Shown piece by piece: positions 45,574-55,646 of a stretch of DNA of 64,000 nucleotides. Each line of letters begins with the position of its first letter. Within the stretch, counting starts at the first letter, position 1. Origin of the DNA: a virus. Lineage: Duplodnaviria; Caudoviricetes. The translations under genes and the position numbers were made by a program. Where the stretch lies: positions 33,815-97,814 of IMG/VR virus record IMGVR_UViG_3300011701_000001; one strand, given 5' to 3'. The notes beneath the pieces were generated by a model that was not told the DNA's origin, made no database searches, and was given only the letters and a program-made list of their open reading frames with translations.

Positions 45574-46274
45574 AATACTTACGTGACTACATCACACCAA
45601 CTAACATTAAAGAGTCTAAAGTTTTATCTCGACTAAACTACGATATTACTAAGTTTATTAAAGATTCTAAAATTGTTCACACAAACACCCTTGTTACAGA
45701 TTCTTTTGTTTCTGACTACAATAAATTACTTAACGAGTTAGACTTGCAAGGGTATCTAACCTTATCTGAACATGGTGCTAATGGTATTTGTATTGTTGAA
45801 TCTTATTGTGATGAATGGGTTAATCAATTGAATGACATTGATAAATCTTATGTAGAACGTAAGCGTAAAGAGATTCCAAACTTATTTACATTTGATACAG
45901 AGTTCCATGAAACAGAGATTGTTAATAGCGGTGGTATGGAGTTTGACACTTTAGTAGCTTTGAAATACTTAGGTAAGAAACGTAATGCTTTATCTCGTGG
46001 TATTGAGTTTAAACTTACTCTAGCGGATATGGCTCGTATAATGCGATCTAAGCGATGTTATTATTCAGGGGTTACTCTTACACTAGATGGAGTGAATAAG
46101 CTCACTATTGACCGTATAGACGCATCTGAAGGCTATACAAAATCCAACTCAGTAGCATGTAGTAAACAGGTGAATGATTTGAAGAATAAACTCTTAGAGA
46201 ATCAAGAATTGATTAAAGAGATGGGTGGTAAAGAAATTAAGAAGATGTTACTATCTTTATCTAATCTTGTGTAG
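45570..46274 (+). CDS. HNH-like fold protein resembling T4 Srd C-domain
   Basis: RGIEF.LT, RCYYSG, TIDRID...GY...N.V.C...VN..K. Confidence 0.6.
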   Translation: MKYLRDYITPTNIKESKVLSRLNYDITKFIKDSKIVHTNTLVTDSFVSDYNKLLNELDLQGYLTLSEHGANGICIVESYCDEWVNQLNDIDKSYVERKRKEIPNLFTFDTEFHETEIVNSGGMEFDTLVALKYLGKKRNALSRGIEFKLTLADMARIMRSKRCYYSGVTLTLDGVNKLTIDRIDASEGYTKSNSVACSKQVNDLKNKLLENQELIKEMGGKEIKKMLLSLSNLV

Positions 46275-46314
46275 TATTAACTGAGATTAAGATTTTAAAT
46301 AAAGGAGAAGTGTT

Positions 46315-46551
46315 GTGAAAAACTTAAAAGGCTCTGTGGAAAATTGCGGTGGTATTGTAGAGGTTGAATATCCTGTTGTAAAAAGATGGTATCCACATTT
46401 AACTTATGCACTATTTACGTCCGAAACATCGGCTATCGTGATTTCTGTTGATGAGGCACACGAACATGATTACGTAGGTAAAGTAGTTGAAGACCCTGAA
46501 TCTGAAAATTGGAAAACTGCTAAGGGTTTTAAAATTACAATTTGTGGTTAA
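46315..46551 (+). CDS. hypothetical protein
   Basis: SD AAGGAG. Confidence 0.55.
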   Translation: MKNLKGSVENCGGIVEVEYPVVKRWYPHLTYALFTSETSAIVISVDEAHEHDYVGKVVEDPESENWKTAKGFKITICG

Positions 46552-46580
46552 TCAATTTCTAAATTAAACAGGTGATCTAA

Positions 46581-46919
46581 ATGAAAAAATTAACAAGAGT
46601 TGAAGCATGTCAGGTATTATTATACGGAGGTAAACTTGAGTATTCTCAGATTAATTCAGATTATTGGTCTGATGTAACCAATAGGGACTTAGTGTTCACT
46701 TTAGATGATAATTACATCTTCCGTGAAACACCAGAATATAATTTTATTCAATACACACTCGATGATCTTGCCAAGTTTTTAAAAACCTTTGGTCACAAAG
46801 AGATGTGGGTGTTTGAGGGAGTATATCGAAAAGAGTCTGTAACCTCACTAGATATAGACAAGATTGCAATTAGAGCTTTTAGGGGTGAGAAATTTTACAA
46901 ACGTGTAGAGTCTGAATGA
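46581..46919 (+). CDS. hypothetical protein
   Basis: SD AGGTG. Confidence 0.6.
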   Translation: MKKLTRVEACQVLLYGGKLEYSQINSDYWSDVTNRDLVFTLDDNYIFRETPEYNFIQYTLDDLAKFLKTFGHKEMWVFEGVYRKESVTSLDIDKIAIRAFRGEKFYKRVESE

Positions 46920-47033
46920 TATGTTTATTTGACATTAACGTAGTTAATATGTTAATTTATTAACACCTTATACAGAAATGTGTAGGGTGTTTTACACTTC
47001 GTAAAAACTTTGTTCTTACATAGGAGAAAATAA

Positions 47034-47291
47034 ATGAAGATTTACTTAAGCAATGAATTAGTTATTCAAAGTTGTATTGCAGAGATTAACAAATACAATA
47101 AGAAAATTGGAGAGCTTCGTATTAAGTGGTATCAGCAGGGAAATCCGTTCTCACTTAAAGCAATGGAGAGTTGTAACTATGAGAATAGGATTTCAGAGTT
47201 AGAAACCTTAAAAGCTATGGCTGAAAGTAATACTGATTTAAACTGTGAAGTTACAAATTATGAGTTCTTGTTATTGAGAGGTGAGTTTTAG
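47034..47291 (+). CDS. hypothetical protein
   Basis: SD AGGAG. Confidence 0.55.
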   Translation: MKIYLSNELVIQSCIAEINKYNKKIGELRIKWYQQGNPFSLKAMESCNYENRISELETLKAMAESNTDLNCEVTNYEFLLLRGEF

Positions 47292-47459
47292 GAGTAATGA
47301 TGAAGGGTTTAAAACAATTCTCATACTTGTAATTACAATCTAATTACCTTGGTAACACTATCCATCTTGAAGTTTTATTTAAAGCTCTTATATTATGATT
47401 TTATCAATATAATATAGGAGCCTTATTGTTTCAGGCTCTTCACAATAGGAGCTTTTCTT

Positions 47460-47846
47460 ATGCCAACAAGAACATATCAAAAAAGAAATAACAACAGTGC
47501 AGCAAGCAGTAGAAGAACAAATAATAACAATGCTAATTTATCCTCTTACGAATTTGAATACAGAGAGAATAAACACCCTGAATATCAATACATCAGTGAT
47601 GACTCCAGAGTTAAGGTAGGGTCAACACGTAAAGAGCGTAGTGAGATGCGCAGAGAAAGACACCGTGAGGAGGATGATAAGTTCCATATAGGACTTCTAT
47701 TTGGTTGTCTGGTACTGTCCTACCTGTTAAATTTTGCTTACGGATTTCAAGCTGGTACAACGATGTACGGGGTTGTATTCACTATAGGGTTAGTTGTATG
47801 GGGAGTAGTAGCTTTGATGGGGTATTTTAGGGAGGATAAGGAGTAA
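47460..47846 (+). CDS. two-TM membrane protein with basic/Asn-rich N-terminus
   Basis: C-terminal two TM helices. Confidence 0.6.
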   Translation: MPTRTYQKRNNNSAASSRRTNNNNANLSSYEFEYRENKHPEYQYISDDSRVKVGSTRKERSEMRRERHREEDDKFHIGLLFGCLVLSYLLNFAYGFQAGTTMYGVVFTIGLVVWGVVALMGYFREDKE

Positions 47847-47873
47847 GGGATAGGAGAATTAATAGGTAAAGAA

Positions 47874-47893
47874 AAGCCCTTTAAAGGGGCTTA
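47874..47893. terminator. terminator at convergent junction
   Basis: AAGCCCT-TTAAA-GGGGCTT palindrome between converging blocks. Confidence 0.55.
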
Positions 47894-48053
47894 GAAATTG
47901 CGGAGTGATTTAAGCTTATCAAGCTGCTCGGAAAGAAGTAAACCCTTACCCAATCAAAACCCTTAAATATATATTTTCCTCTGTAGTATTGCCCTGTTTT
48001 CGGGTTGTATTTTTTCGCGCCTTCTGGTGCATTTTCTTTGATTTGTTGTGGGG

Positions 48054-48284
48054 TCATTTTAGCACCTCTGTTGAAATCTCTATATTCTGTAGAGATGGTT
48101 TATTTATGTGGTAACAGTCTTCATATTTTTCGATTACTGATTTTAATAAATCAATGTGCATTCTCATATGTTGCGTAAATGAATCACTGCCAGTTAAGTT
48201 TTTTAACCGCCACTCCTTATCTTTTAGCTCTTTTTTAGCGCTCTCGTATTGCTTTTTTGTCACCATCTCATTTCTCCAAAACAA
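48054..48284 (-). CDS. hypothetical protein
   Basis: Probable start MVTKK after GGAG. Confidence 0.5.
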   Translation of the reverse strand: MFWRNEMVTKKQYESAKKELKDKEWRLKNLTGSDSFTQHMRMHIDLLKSVIEKYEDCYHINKPSLQNIEISTEVLK

Positions 48285-48443
48285 TCGTGCCGTGCTTGGC
48301 TAGTTGGAGACGAAGGTCGATAATCCACAAATCACCTTTCCCAACCTCACTCTTATAGTAATACATACCATTATGTAGATTCACAGCTACATCCCATTCT
48401 GGAGCATTATGCAAAATCTTTTGCATTTGTTCAGGTGTCATTT

Positions 48444-48683
48444 TTATTCTCCTTTCAAAATATTGATGATATGTGTTAGGTCGTCATAACCACCGGGATT
48501 AACCGCATGATCTAAAGCACCCTCAATCTGATTTTGAAGTTCATCAATCTGCACTTGAAGTTTGTTAACTTCTTCTTGTTTGCTTTGCTGACCATTACAA
48601 AAACCTCGGTCATACTCAGGATGATTTCCCATGTTACATCCAGTCATTCTACTGTAGCCACCTTTAAATTTAATACTCATCAA
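48444..48683 (-). CDS. hypothetical protein
   Basis: QQSKQ.EV..LQ coiled coil. Confidence 0.55.
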   Translation of the reverse strand: MMSIKFKGGYSRMTGCNMGNHPEYDRGFCNGQQSKQEEVNKLQVQIDELQNQIEGALDHAVNPGGYDDLTHIINILKGE

Positions 48684-48847
48684 TCATCACTCCTACATAA
48701 ATAATTGCTAGTGCAAACGGTGTTAAAAACAACAATGCAATGATGTCTCGTTTGTTCACTTAAATGTCTCACATAATGAAAACCCAAAGTAAACTCCCAT
48801 TACAAAACCTATGATGTAGAAAAATACCCAAGAAAAAGGATTACTCA

Positions 48848-49114
48848 TTATAAACTCTCCTCAAATAAAACCTTACCACATTTAATTGATTGCACAGTCT
48901 CAAGGTTAATACTTCTCCATTGACCAATACTTAAGTCATAGGCACGTAAGATGTTCTCTTTGGTATTTGGTAATCCCGTACCCTTCACACCTTTAGATAC
49001 TCCAGTACGGGTTAACATCTTGCGAACCTCACCATTAGACTTTATAAATTGTACCACGTAGAAACGACCTCTAGTTGAGTCGATTAAGGTTTTCATCATT
49101 TGAATCTTGTTCAT
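48848..49114 (-). CDS. WYL-like SH3 beta-barrel protein
   Basis: V.F.K.NGE.R.M, YDL....WRS....V. Confidence 0.65.
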   Translation of the reverse strand: MNKIQMMKTLIDSTRGRFYVVQFIKSNGEVRKMLTRTGVSKGVKGTGLPNTKENILRAYDLSIGQWRSINLETVQSIKCGKVLFEESL

Positions 49115-49169
49115 TTCATATTACTCCGATGTGTGCATAAATCTTTATGCCTTGTATTTAATTAAATAT

Positions 49170-49250
49170 TAAATTAATTTGAAGAGGTAGTCAACACTTT
49201 ATTTACAACTTTATTATAGTCGTTAAAAAGGGAGCTTATTGCTCCCTGTG
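49170..49250 (-). repeat. terminator + promoter cassette, copy 1
   Basis: GGGAGC-N5-GCTCCC-TTTTTAACGA.TATAA then TTGACT-17-TAATAT. Confidence 0.65.
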
Positions 49251-49257
49251 TTTAGTT

Positions 49258-49440
49258 CTACCCAATTCTCCACAACTTAGCAGGGTAATCAGAAGAAAAC
49301 CAAGATATAGCTACCCAGTGACCACCTCTGTAAAAGCAGAAATGTAAACCCAACCTCTTGTACTGTCTACCACACTTATCAACAAATTCAGATTCTCTGT
49401 TTAGTTTTTCAACCTTCTTTAACTTCTTTGATATTTTCAT
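49258..49440 (-). CDS. hypothetical protein
   Basis: ORF in gene run. Confidence 0.5.
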   Translation of the reverse strand: MKISKKLKKVEKLNRESEFVDKCGRQYKRLGLHFCFYRGGHWVAISWFSSDYPAKLWRIG

Positions 49441-49451
49441 TCATCACTATC

Positions 49452-49826
49452 CTACATACAACTTTCTACATCTTTAATGGCTTTTTCTAACCTTTCAAAA
49501 ACAGCTCTTGATTCATACATTTCATGAGTTAGTTTTTCACCAACAGATTCCAACCCACCACAGGTTTCAACCAAATTATGACTTTTAACCAAGTTGTCTA
49601 ACATTAGCAAGTTCACCTCACCACAACGGTATGAGTTTTCATCATAGTCTGTAAAATTACCTCTGTATAAAGTTCCTATGGCATACTCATACGCTCTTGT
49701 CTTTAGAACAAAAGAATTATCTGTCAATTCTCTACCAGACTTCTTATCAACCCACGTTCTTCTAGCGTTTAATATCTTTTTAGCTTCAACCCAACCAAAC
49801 GTCTTGACAAACTGATTAGCTTTCAT
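49452..49826 (-). CDS. hypothetical protein
   Basis: MKA.QFVK.FGW..AK family typical of Acinetobacter phages. Confidence 0.6.
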   Translation of the reverse strand: MKANQFVKTFGWVEAKKILNARRTWVDKKSGRELTDNSFVLKTRAYEYAIGTLYRGNFTDYDENSYRCGEVNLLMLDNLVKSHNLVETCGGLESVGEKLTHEMYESRAVFERLEKAIKDVESCM

Positions 49827-50112
49827 AATACACCTCAACAACCTCTAATAACGCTTCATAACTACCAAGATTATGATCACCATTAATCATTAAACGACCA
49901 TAAGGTGTATTATACACTCCAGACATACTACGGAAGTGGGATTTAGAAATCTTAGATAAATCTTCTAGCAACATATCCAAACCATCACAGTTTACTAACT
50001 CATCAAGATAGAAAGTAATAGTTTCATAATCTGGTACATTATTAAATTTGTATTCAAACAACTCTGTACCCTCTACAGATTTCACTTCAAATGTGATTTC
50101 ATTGATGTTCAT
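49816..50112 (-). CDS. hypothetical acidic protein
   Basis: Strong SD. Confidence 0.6.
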   Translation of the reverse strand: MNINEITFEVKSVEGTELFEYKFNNVPDYETITFYLDELVNCDGLDMLLEDLSKISKSHFRSMSGVYNTPYGRLMINGDHNLGSYEALLEVVEVYYES

Positions 50113-50145
50113 TGTGTTTCTCCTAGTACCGTTAGGTACTCTCCT
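50110..50145 (-). promoter_or_regulatory. double-SD hairpin translation element, copy 2
   Basis: AGGAG-AGTACC-TAAC-GGTACT-AGGAGAAACACA-ATG. Confidence 0.6.
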
Positions 50146-50164
50146 GAATGTTTGTTTATTAGTT

Positions 50165-50250
50165 AAAGATAACAGAGTTGTTTTAAATGGTCAACAATTT
50201 ATTTAAAACTTTCTTATAATCGTTAAAAAGGGAGCGATAAGCTCCCTTTG
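50165..50250 (-). repeat. terminator + promoter cassette, copy 2
   Basis: GGGAGC-N5-GCTCCC-TTTTTAACGA.TATAA then TTGACC-17-TATCTT. Confidence 0.65.
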
Positions 50251-50260
50251 TTGTTCTTAA

Positions 50261-50644
50261 CTACCAATCAATACAAATGCCAAGCTCACCTTCAGGTAAC
50301 AACCCTTTACTATGTAAGTCGTTTACCACCATACTAACATCTGGGTAGAAGTTTCTCTCCCACCACAAACTTAAACCGTATTTAACAGCCCAAGAATCTG
50401 TTGTGTTTAATTTCTGTTCAGGGTCTCGACTTAACCAAGCACTGAAACTAACCCCCATCTCATCATCGTTCACATTTTCTGGAACAGTATCATTATCATA
50501 ATCTTCTGGTTCAGAAGGGACACTTAGATATACCGTTTGTCGATCTTTACAACCATCTTGTTGCTGAAAGGAATAAACCCTACCATAAGTTTCTTGAACT
50601 AACTTATCAAAGTCACTAACAGAAATAATATTTACTTGTTTCAC
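50261..50644 (-). CDS. conserved phage hypothetical protein
   Basis: YGR.YSFQQQDGCK, WERNFYP, NDL..KG.LP.G. Confidence 0.65.
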   Translation of the reverse strand: MKQVNIISVSDFDKLVQETYGRVYSFQQQDGCKDRQTVYLSVPSEPEDYDNDTVPENVNDDEMGVSFSAWLSRDPEQKLNTTDSWAVKYGLSLWWERNFYPDVSMVVNDLHSKGLLPEGELGICIDW

Positions 50645-50646
50645 TT

Positions 50647-51030
50647 TTACTTCTCCAAACTATTCAATCTAAACTTTAAATTATCATACTTAGACTCTAA
50701 ACTCTTGAGTTTAGCTTTCAAAGTCTTATTCTCCAACTCTAAAGCTTGAATCTTATCTTGTTCACTAGACCACTCAGATACACCCTTAGAAACACTACCG
50801 ATAAGCTCGTTGTAAGCCTGTTCTAGCTCAATAAATCTCTCAGCTATACTATCCCTAATACCGTACTTTAAGTAGCCTAAAACAGCGTTAAATGGGGTTG
50901 TATAGTACCCTATGTTTTGGATGTGATCTTCCATTTCTCCAAGTTTATTCTTACGCTTAGTAACTTTACCAAGAATAATATTGTTAGGGGATTTTGTTAA
51001 CACCCAATTGTCTTTTAGTTTAATGTTCAT
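50647..51030 (-). CDS. DUF5405-like hypothetical protein
   Basis: V.T....N.IL, IGYY. Confidence 0.5.
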   Translation of the reverse strand: MNIKLKDNWVLTKSPNNIILGKVTKRKNKLGEMEDHIQNIGYYTTPFNAVLGYLKYGIRDSIAERFIELEQAYNELIGSVSKGVSEWSSEQDKIQALELENKTLKAKLKSLESKYDNLKFRLNSLEK

Positions 51031-51242
51031 TCATCATACTCCTCTAGTGTATAGCATTTAGGTAACTCTTCTTCAGAACCTCTAAATCCAAAATCCCAAT
51101 CAATATCCTCAAGTGATGGTTCAATATAATAATCTGCATTGTTGATTTTATCCAACGCTTCCTCATAGGATTCAGCAATTACACTAAATAACTCTTCACC
51201 ACGAACAGGGACAGTGAAATTATAAATCATTTTCTTACTCAT
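51027..51242 (-). CDS. hypothetical protein
   Basis: V.AES.EEA motif. Confidence 0.55.
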   Translation of the reverse strand: MSKKMIYNFTVPVRGEELFSVIAESYEEALDKINNADYYIEPSLEDIDWDFGFRGSEEELPKCYTLEEYDE

Positions 51243-51412
51243 ATTAATTCTCCAACAGTCCTTTCAAATCTCTAATAATTGTTTCACACCAATATTTGTC
51301 GCATTTTTCATAACAAGTAGATAAGGACTCCTCATAATCACCAATAAGATCTTCGATCTTATCTTGCAAGATTAACAACACAATATCAACTGTCTTGTTA
51401 TCTTGCTTTTGT

Positions 51413-51628
51413 TTAGCCATGAGTAGTTACTCCTACATCTTCAAGATATTTAATAAACTCGTTTAAGCTTACTGACAATGTAACACTCTTTGGATAATTT
51501 CCAATAAAATGCAACACAGCATAACCATGTTCCTCTGTAATCAAAGTGATGTTATGGGTATTGATCACCATGTTTGCAATATTAACTAACATTCTATTCT
51601 CCAACATTAAACGTAATATAATCTTCAC
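51413..51628 (-). CDS. hypothetical protein
   Basis: Probable start MLVNI. Confidence 0.5.
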   Translation of the reverse strand: MKIILRLMLENRMLVNIANMVINTHNITLITEEHGYAVLHFIGNYPKSVTLSVSLNEFIKYLEDVGVTTHG

Positions 51629-51791
51629 TAAAGTATGTCCCTAGTGATTCTAAGTAAAACATACTTCCAATAATATCGCAATCAATTTTGTATGCACACC
51701 AGCATTTATGGTTACGATAAAAACCTTTAGTTACTCTACACCAAGCACCAACTTCAAATACTCGCTGTTTCTTTGGTTTATCCTCAGACAT
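51594..51791 (-). CDS. hypothetical protein
   Basis: ORF with SD. Confidence 0.5.
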   Translation of the reverse strand: MSEDKPKKQRVFEVGAWCRVTKGFYRNHKCWCAYKIDCDIIGSMFYLESLGTYFSEDYITFNVGE

Positions 51792-51799
51792 ACTTCTTC

Positions 51800-52105
51800 C
51801 TAAATTTCCAACAAAGGTTTAACAAATTCTAAAACTTCTTGATACACCCCTTCATACTCAACATTGTAATTCTTTGAATTAAACACATCCTCAATATCAA
51901 ACATTGTGAAGTTACATACATCATTACTCGAAATACAAGCTGTAAAACCATCATTCGTGATTGAAATAGTGGTAATTAGGGTAGCTTTAGATTTGATAAA
52001 AGGGTAGTGATTGAGCATACGACTGATACTCACACTACTCGTTGTCTTATCTATATTCTCAAGGATGTTGAATAGCATTTCTTTTTGGTTCATTTCAATT
52101 CTCAA
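51800..52105 (-). CDS. hypothetical protein
   Basis: First gene after promoter at 52125-52152. Confidence 0.55.
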   Translation of the reverse strand: MRIEMNQKEMLFNILENIDKTTSSVSISRMLNHYPFIKSKATLITTISITNDGFTACISSNDVCNFTMFDIEDVFNSKNYNVEYEGVYQEVLEFVKPLLEI

Positions 52106-52193
52106 TTAAGTTAATATGTATTTAATTATACACACAACAAAAAAGAGTGCAATATCTTTGATGAAAAATCACCTTAGTATTACACTCTTAAGT

Positions 52194-52706
52194 TTAATTA
52201 AATTTCTTCCACTTCTGAAAAGTAAACAGCAAATCTTCTGTATCTACACCCATAACCTTTTCAAACATTTCAAAACCTTCTGGAATATGATAGAAAGTGT
52301 CTGCTTCTGGGTATTCGTTAAACACTTGAGTAACCCACAGTTCATCAACAATACCAAATGTTGAGTTATATAGTTGAGCACCACCAGCAATGAAGATTTT
52401 ATCACTCTTTAATTGTTTTGACTGCCACAATCCAACAGATAAAGCAGATTCTAAGCTCATAGATTTATAAGAGTGTTTCTCAGACCTGTCACCAATGTTT
52501 GAGCTAACACAAAATATTACCCTGCGACTTAATTGCTTAGGTAAACTCTCAACAGTGTTTCTACCCATCAAAACAACATGACCAATCGTACTGTCTTTAA
52601 AGAACTTTAAGTCTTCTGGAATGTACCATAACAGCTTATTGTCAGCACCAATCTCACCGTTCAACCCACGAGCAACGATGTGGATTACCTTTTTCTCTTG
52701 ATACAT
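52194..52706 (-). CDS. frd: dihydrofolate reductase
   Basis: IVA...NG.IG..N.L.W.IPEDL..FK, MGRNT.ES, IAGGAQLY, ADTF. Confidence 0.92.
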   Translation of the reverse strand: MYQEKKVIHIVARGLNGEIGADNKLLWYIPEDLKFFKDSTIGHVVLMGRNTVESLPKQLSRRVIFCVSSNIGDRSEKHSYKSMSLESALSVGLWQSKQLKSDKIFIAGGAQLYNSTFGIVDELWVTQVFNEYPEADTFYHIPEGFEMFEKVMGVDTEDLLFTFQKWKKFN

Positions 52707-52716
52707 ATTCACACCA

Positions 52717-53607
52717 TCACTTAGCAACAGGGATAGATATTTTATCGCCTGAAATATAGTTGAGAATTTTAATGTCATCCCATTCGTAAGAGTACAAATC
52801 TTTAGCTTTGTTAATTTCAATCTTAGGGAAAGGGTAGGTCTTACGAGTCAGAATTTCCTTAGCCATCTCTAGCTGGTCAGAATAAAGGTGAACATCACCA
52901 AAGGTAATAATAAAATCTCCAACATCTAAATCACATTGTTGTGCCATGATATGTGTTAACATCGCGTAGAAGATTATATTCAGAGGATTCCCAATGATGT
53001 AATCACCACTACGTTGATACAATTGACAACTTAAAACACCATCCTCAACAAAAAACTGGAACAAAGTGTGACAAGGTGGTAATGCTGCTTTTCCAGAAAC
53101 ACAGTGAACATGAGGATTCCAAGCTGAAACAATTAGACGAGATGACGAAGGGTTTGTCTTAATCTCATTAATAACCCATTCGATTTGATCAAAACCCTCT
53201 TGTACATCAAACCAACCATCGCCATCGTTCAGACTAGCACTAACTTCACAGAAATCTTGTACCTGACCAAAGTTTCGCCAAGACTCTCCGTAAATTGCAC
53301 CAAGATCACCTTCTTGATAACCGTAGTCAACGAGAGCATCTTTCCATAAAGACCAGATGAATACTTTCTTTTCTTCAAGGGTTTGTACATCTGTTTGACC
53401 TCGAAGCATCCACATAAGCTCTTCAAAAGCTCCACGAACAAACACTTTTTTATGTGTCATTAATGGGAAACCTTCTTCTAAGTTAAACCGAATTTGACGA
53501 CCAAATAGAGAGCATCGTTTGTGACCATCTCGAACTTCACGAAAACCTTTTGTTTCCGCTTTGTGGACTAACTCTTTTAGTAAGTCCAAATATGCTTGTT
53601 CTGACAC
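52717..53607 (-). CDS. thyA: thymidylate synthase
   Basis: FPL.T.K, ALPPCH, YQRS.D, GD.HLY; no intron. Confidence 0.95.
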   Translation of the reverse strand: MSEQAYLDLLKELVHKAETKGFREVRDGHKRCSLFGRQIRFNLEEGFPLMTHKKVFVRGAFEELMWMLRGQTDVQTLEEKKVFIWSLWKDALVDYGYQEGDLGAIYGESWRNFGQVQDFCEVSASLNDGDGWFDVQEGFDQIEWVINEIKTNPSSSRLIVSAWNPHVHCVSGKAALPPCHTLFQFFVEDGVLSCQLYQRSGDYIIGNPLNIIFYAMLTHIMAQQCDLDVGDFIITFGDVHLYSDQLEMAKEILTRKTYPFPKIEINKAKDLYSYEWDDIKILNYISGDKISIPVAK

Positions 53608-53611
53608 TTAT

Positions 53612-53857
53612 TTACTCTCCAAAAACTAAATTTAAATCAATTTCCAAAACATCTTTCAACTCACCCTCATGGATAACTTGAACTTTCATAGATTGAATAA
53701 CTTCACCTTTCTTCATAGGGTGTGGAATACTCGCACCTTTAGTATAAACTAGAGGTAATTTGTTTCCACGATACTCCCCATAGTTAAAACATTTAACTGT
53801 TCCATCAGGGTCTGAATCCTTAAAAATTTCATTTTTCATTTTATCACCAACTATCAC
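53612..53857 (-). CDS. hypothetical protein
   Basis: Coupled ORF. Confidence 0.5.
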   Translation of the reverse strand: MIVGDKMKNEIFKDSDPDGTVKCFNYGEYRGNKLPLVYTKGASIPHPMKKGEVIQSMKVQVIHEGELKDVLEIDLNLVFGE

Positions 53858-54110
53858 AATCTGTTAAATCTAAACTTTCTTTTAGATAATTGTTTGTTAC
53901 AGAAACCCCCATACCAATAGAGTTAGGAGTAAACGACCATGTATAATTACCACCAATAGCTCCGAAATATGGGTGCTCACCATTACAGGTTTTTAACACA
54001 TAATCTTCTTCAGTCATCTCTTTTTTCTGTTTCTCTAGGATTTCCTTTCTACAGACTTCATCCCACACCTTAAACTTCTTTTGCTGATATTCAGTTAACT
54101 CAAACATCAC
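53844..54110 (-). CDS. conserved phage hypothetical protein
   Basis: GAIGG..T.SFTP.SIG, LDLTD..SW. Confidence 0.65.
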   Translation of the reverse strand: MMFELTEYQQKKFKVWDEVCRKEILEKQKKEMTEEDYVLKTCNGEHPYFGAIGGNYTWSFTPNSIGMGVSVTNNYLKESLDLTDCDSW

Positions 54111-54334
54111 TAGCTCTCCTTAAACTCTACACTAAATGTAATCCAATTCTTACTAACCCAACTATCAACATCAACCAACTCTAAGAAGTATTCTTCTACA
54201 CTAGAGTAATCTACAGAAACATCAGACCAAGTATCTTCAATCTTCTGTAAACATTCATCAATGTGTTTGTTGATACTATACTCATCTGTTTCAATATTAG
54301 CAAATAACTTACCAAATATTTTATTCGTATTCAT
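54110..54334 (-). CDS. hypothetical protein
   Basis: Coupled ORF. Confidence 0.5.
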   Translation of the reverse strand: MNTNKIFGKLFANIETDEYSINKHIDECLQKIEDTWSDVSVDYSSVEEYFLELVDVDSWVSKNWITFSVEFKES

Positions 54335-54552
54335 TCTACAAACTCATCTTCAATAACATAAGGAGTTCCCATACCTAGCGTAAAAACTTCCTCTGTTTCT
54401 CCTAAATAGACCAACTTGTTATTCACTGAGGAATATTGCTTAGTAACTTTATACCAAACACCATCCTTTAGAATTAAGTAAGTTCCCAAGTATTTCTTAG
54501 CTAAGTTATATAGGTAAGACTTATTAGCACTTCTTGGAATGCTTATATACAT
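54331..54552 (-). CDS. hypothetical protein
   Basis: SD GGGAG. Confidence 0.5.
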   Translation of the reverse strand: MYISIPRSANKSYLYNLAKKYLGTYLILKDGVWYKVTKQYSSVNNKLVYLGETEEVFTLGMGTPYVIEDEFVE

Positions 54553-54789
54553 TTATAACTCCCAATTAAAATTACATGCGTTGGAGTGACAACAACAATG
54601 CTTGATCGAATACATGAGATCAAACCTCCCAATAATACTTCTGTTCAGCATCAACATTAGTCTTTTGCTTTAAGAATCTTTCAACACTACGAGTTAAACG
54701 TTTAACTTCTCGCATATCTTTCTGACGTTTGCGATGTTGACGTTTGTATTTCTCTAAATCTTCGTAAAACATATCTGAGTTATCAATTT

Positions 54790-55125
54790 TCATTTATTTC
54801 TACCCCATAAAGATACAGCACCATCTTCAGTATCATGAATTGACAATAATACCCATCCACTTCCATCTGGTACTATTGGATTCCAACTTGTTAGTACGTC
54901 ACAATCACCGTCAAAGTATTGATCTATAATTTCTTCTGAAATAGAAGAATCATCCTCAAACCAAATAAGTTTAAGCTCAACACCAAAAGAATCTAGAAAC
55001 TTCTTAATCTTGTGGATTTCGCACTCATCTTCAACCGTTTTCAATAGTAAATCCCAAGAAGGGTGTGTCCAAAATGGATTACTACGACCAACATATGAAT
55101 TATCTTTCTTAAACTCTAGTTTCAT
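54790..55125 (-). CDS. conserved phage hypothetical protein
   Basis: WTHP, W.P..P.G.GW.LLSIHDTEDG. Confidence 0.7.
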   Translation of the reverse strand: MKLEFKKDNSYVGRSNPFWTHPSWDLLLKTVEDECEIHKIKKFLDSFGVELKLIWFEDDSSISEEIIDQYFDGDCDVLTSWNPIVPDGSGWVLLSIHDTEDGAVSLWGRNK

Positions 55126-55313
55126 TTAATAACTTCCTTAATAACACCTAGTAAATATTTAACATTAACTTCGTTACCACTACCTAAACCACTTAGATAA
55201 ACATTTGCAATATTTCCATCTAAGTGTTCAATAAAACCTGTTAACACCTCACCATCGTAGTGTAATCCAACCTTCTGTCCAACAAAACAATCTTCTAGTT
55301 TCATCTTTAACAT
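55122..55313 (-). CDS. hypothetical protein
   Basis: Coupled ORF. Confidence 0.5.
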   Translation of the reverse strand: MLKMKLEDCFVGQKVGLHYDGEVLTGFIEHLDGNIANVYLSGLGSGNEVNVKYLLGVIKEVIK

Positions 55314-55320
55314 GCCTCAA

Positions 55321-55545
55321 CTACTCTGGAATTAACATGTAAGTGCGTTTAACAGGTTTACGGAATCTATTCACCCCATCAACCCACCCTATAACACTGT
55401 GGTTTTTAATGTTATACAAAAGACTTTCTGATATTTCATACTCATTACAAGCGTCTTGCCATATGAGTTCGTGATCACTATCTAGATTTATGTTGTAGGC
55501 AGTCTTGTATTCATCCATAACAACTTCAGTAATTAGTATTTTCAT
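55321..55545 (-). CDS. hypothetical protein
   Basis: SD GGAG. Confidence 0.5.
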   Translation of the reverse strand: MKILITEVVMDEYKTAYNINLDSDHELIWQDACNEYEISESLLYNIKNHSVIGWVDGVNRFRKPVKRTYMLIPE

Positions 55546-55646
55546 TTTAAAAGCTCCGAATAATCAATTTCCAATTCATCCAACAGTTTTAAAGTAACAG
55601 GTATTAAAAAAGAATGCAACCACTATGTGTCACATTCTTGATAAAT

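Noticed and set aside
52717-53607. dUMP/dCMP hydroxymethylase instead of ThyA
   Set aside because: Canonical ThyA motifs including the Asn after YQRS.D...G.P, and adjacent DHFR, indicate ordinary dTMP synthesis
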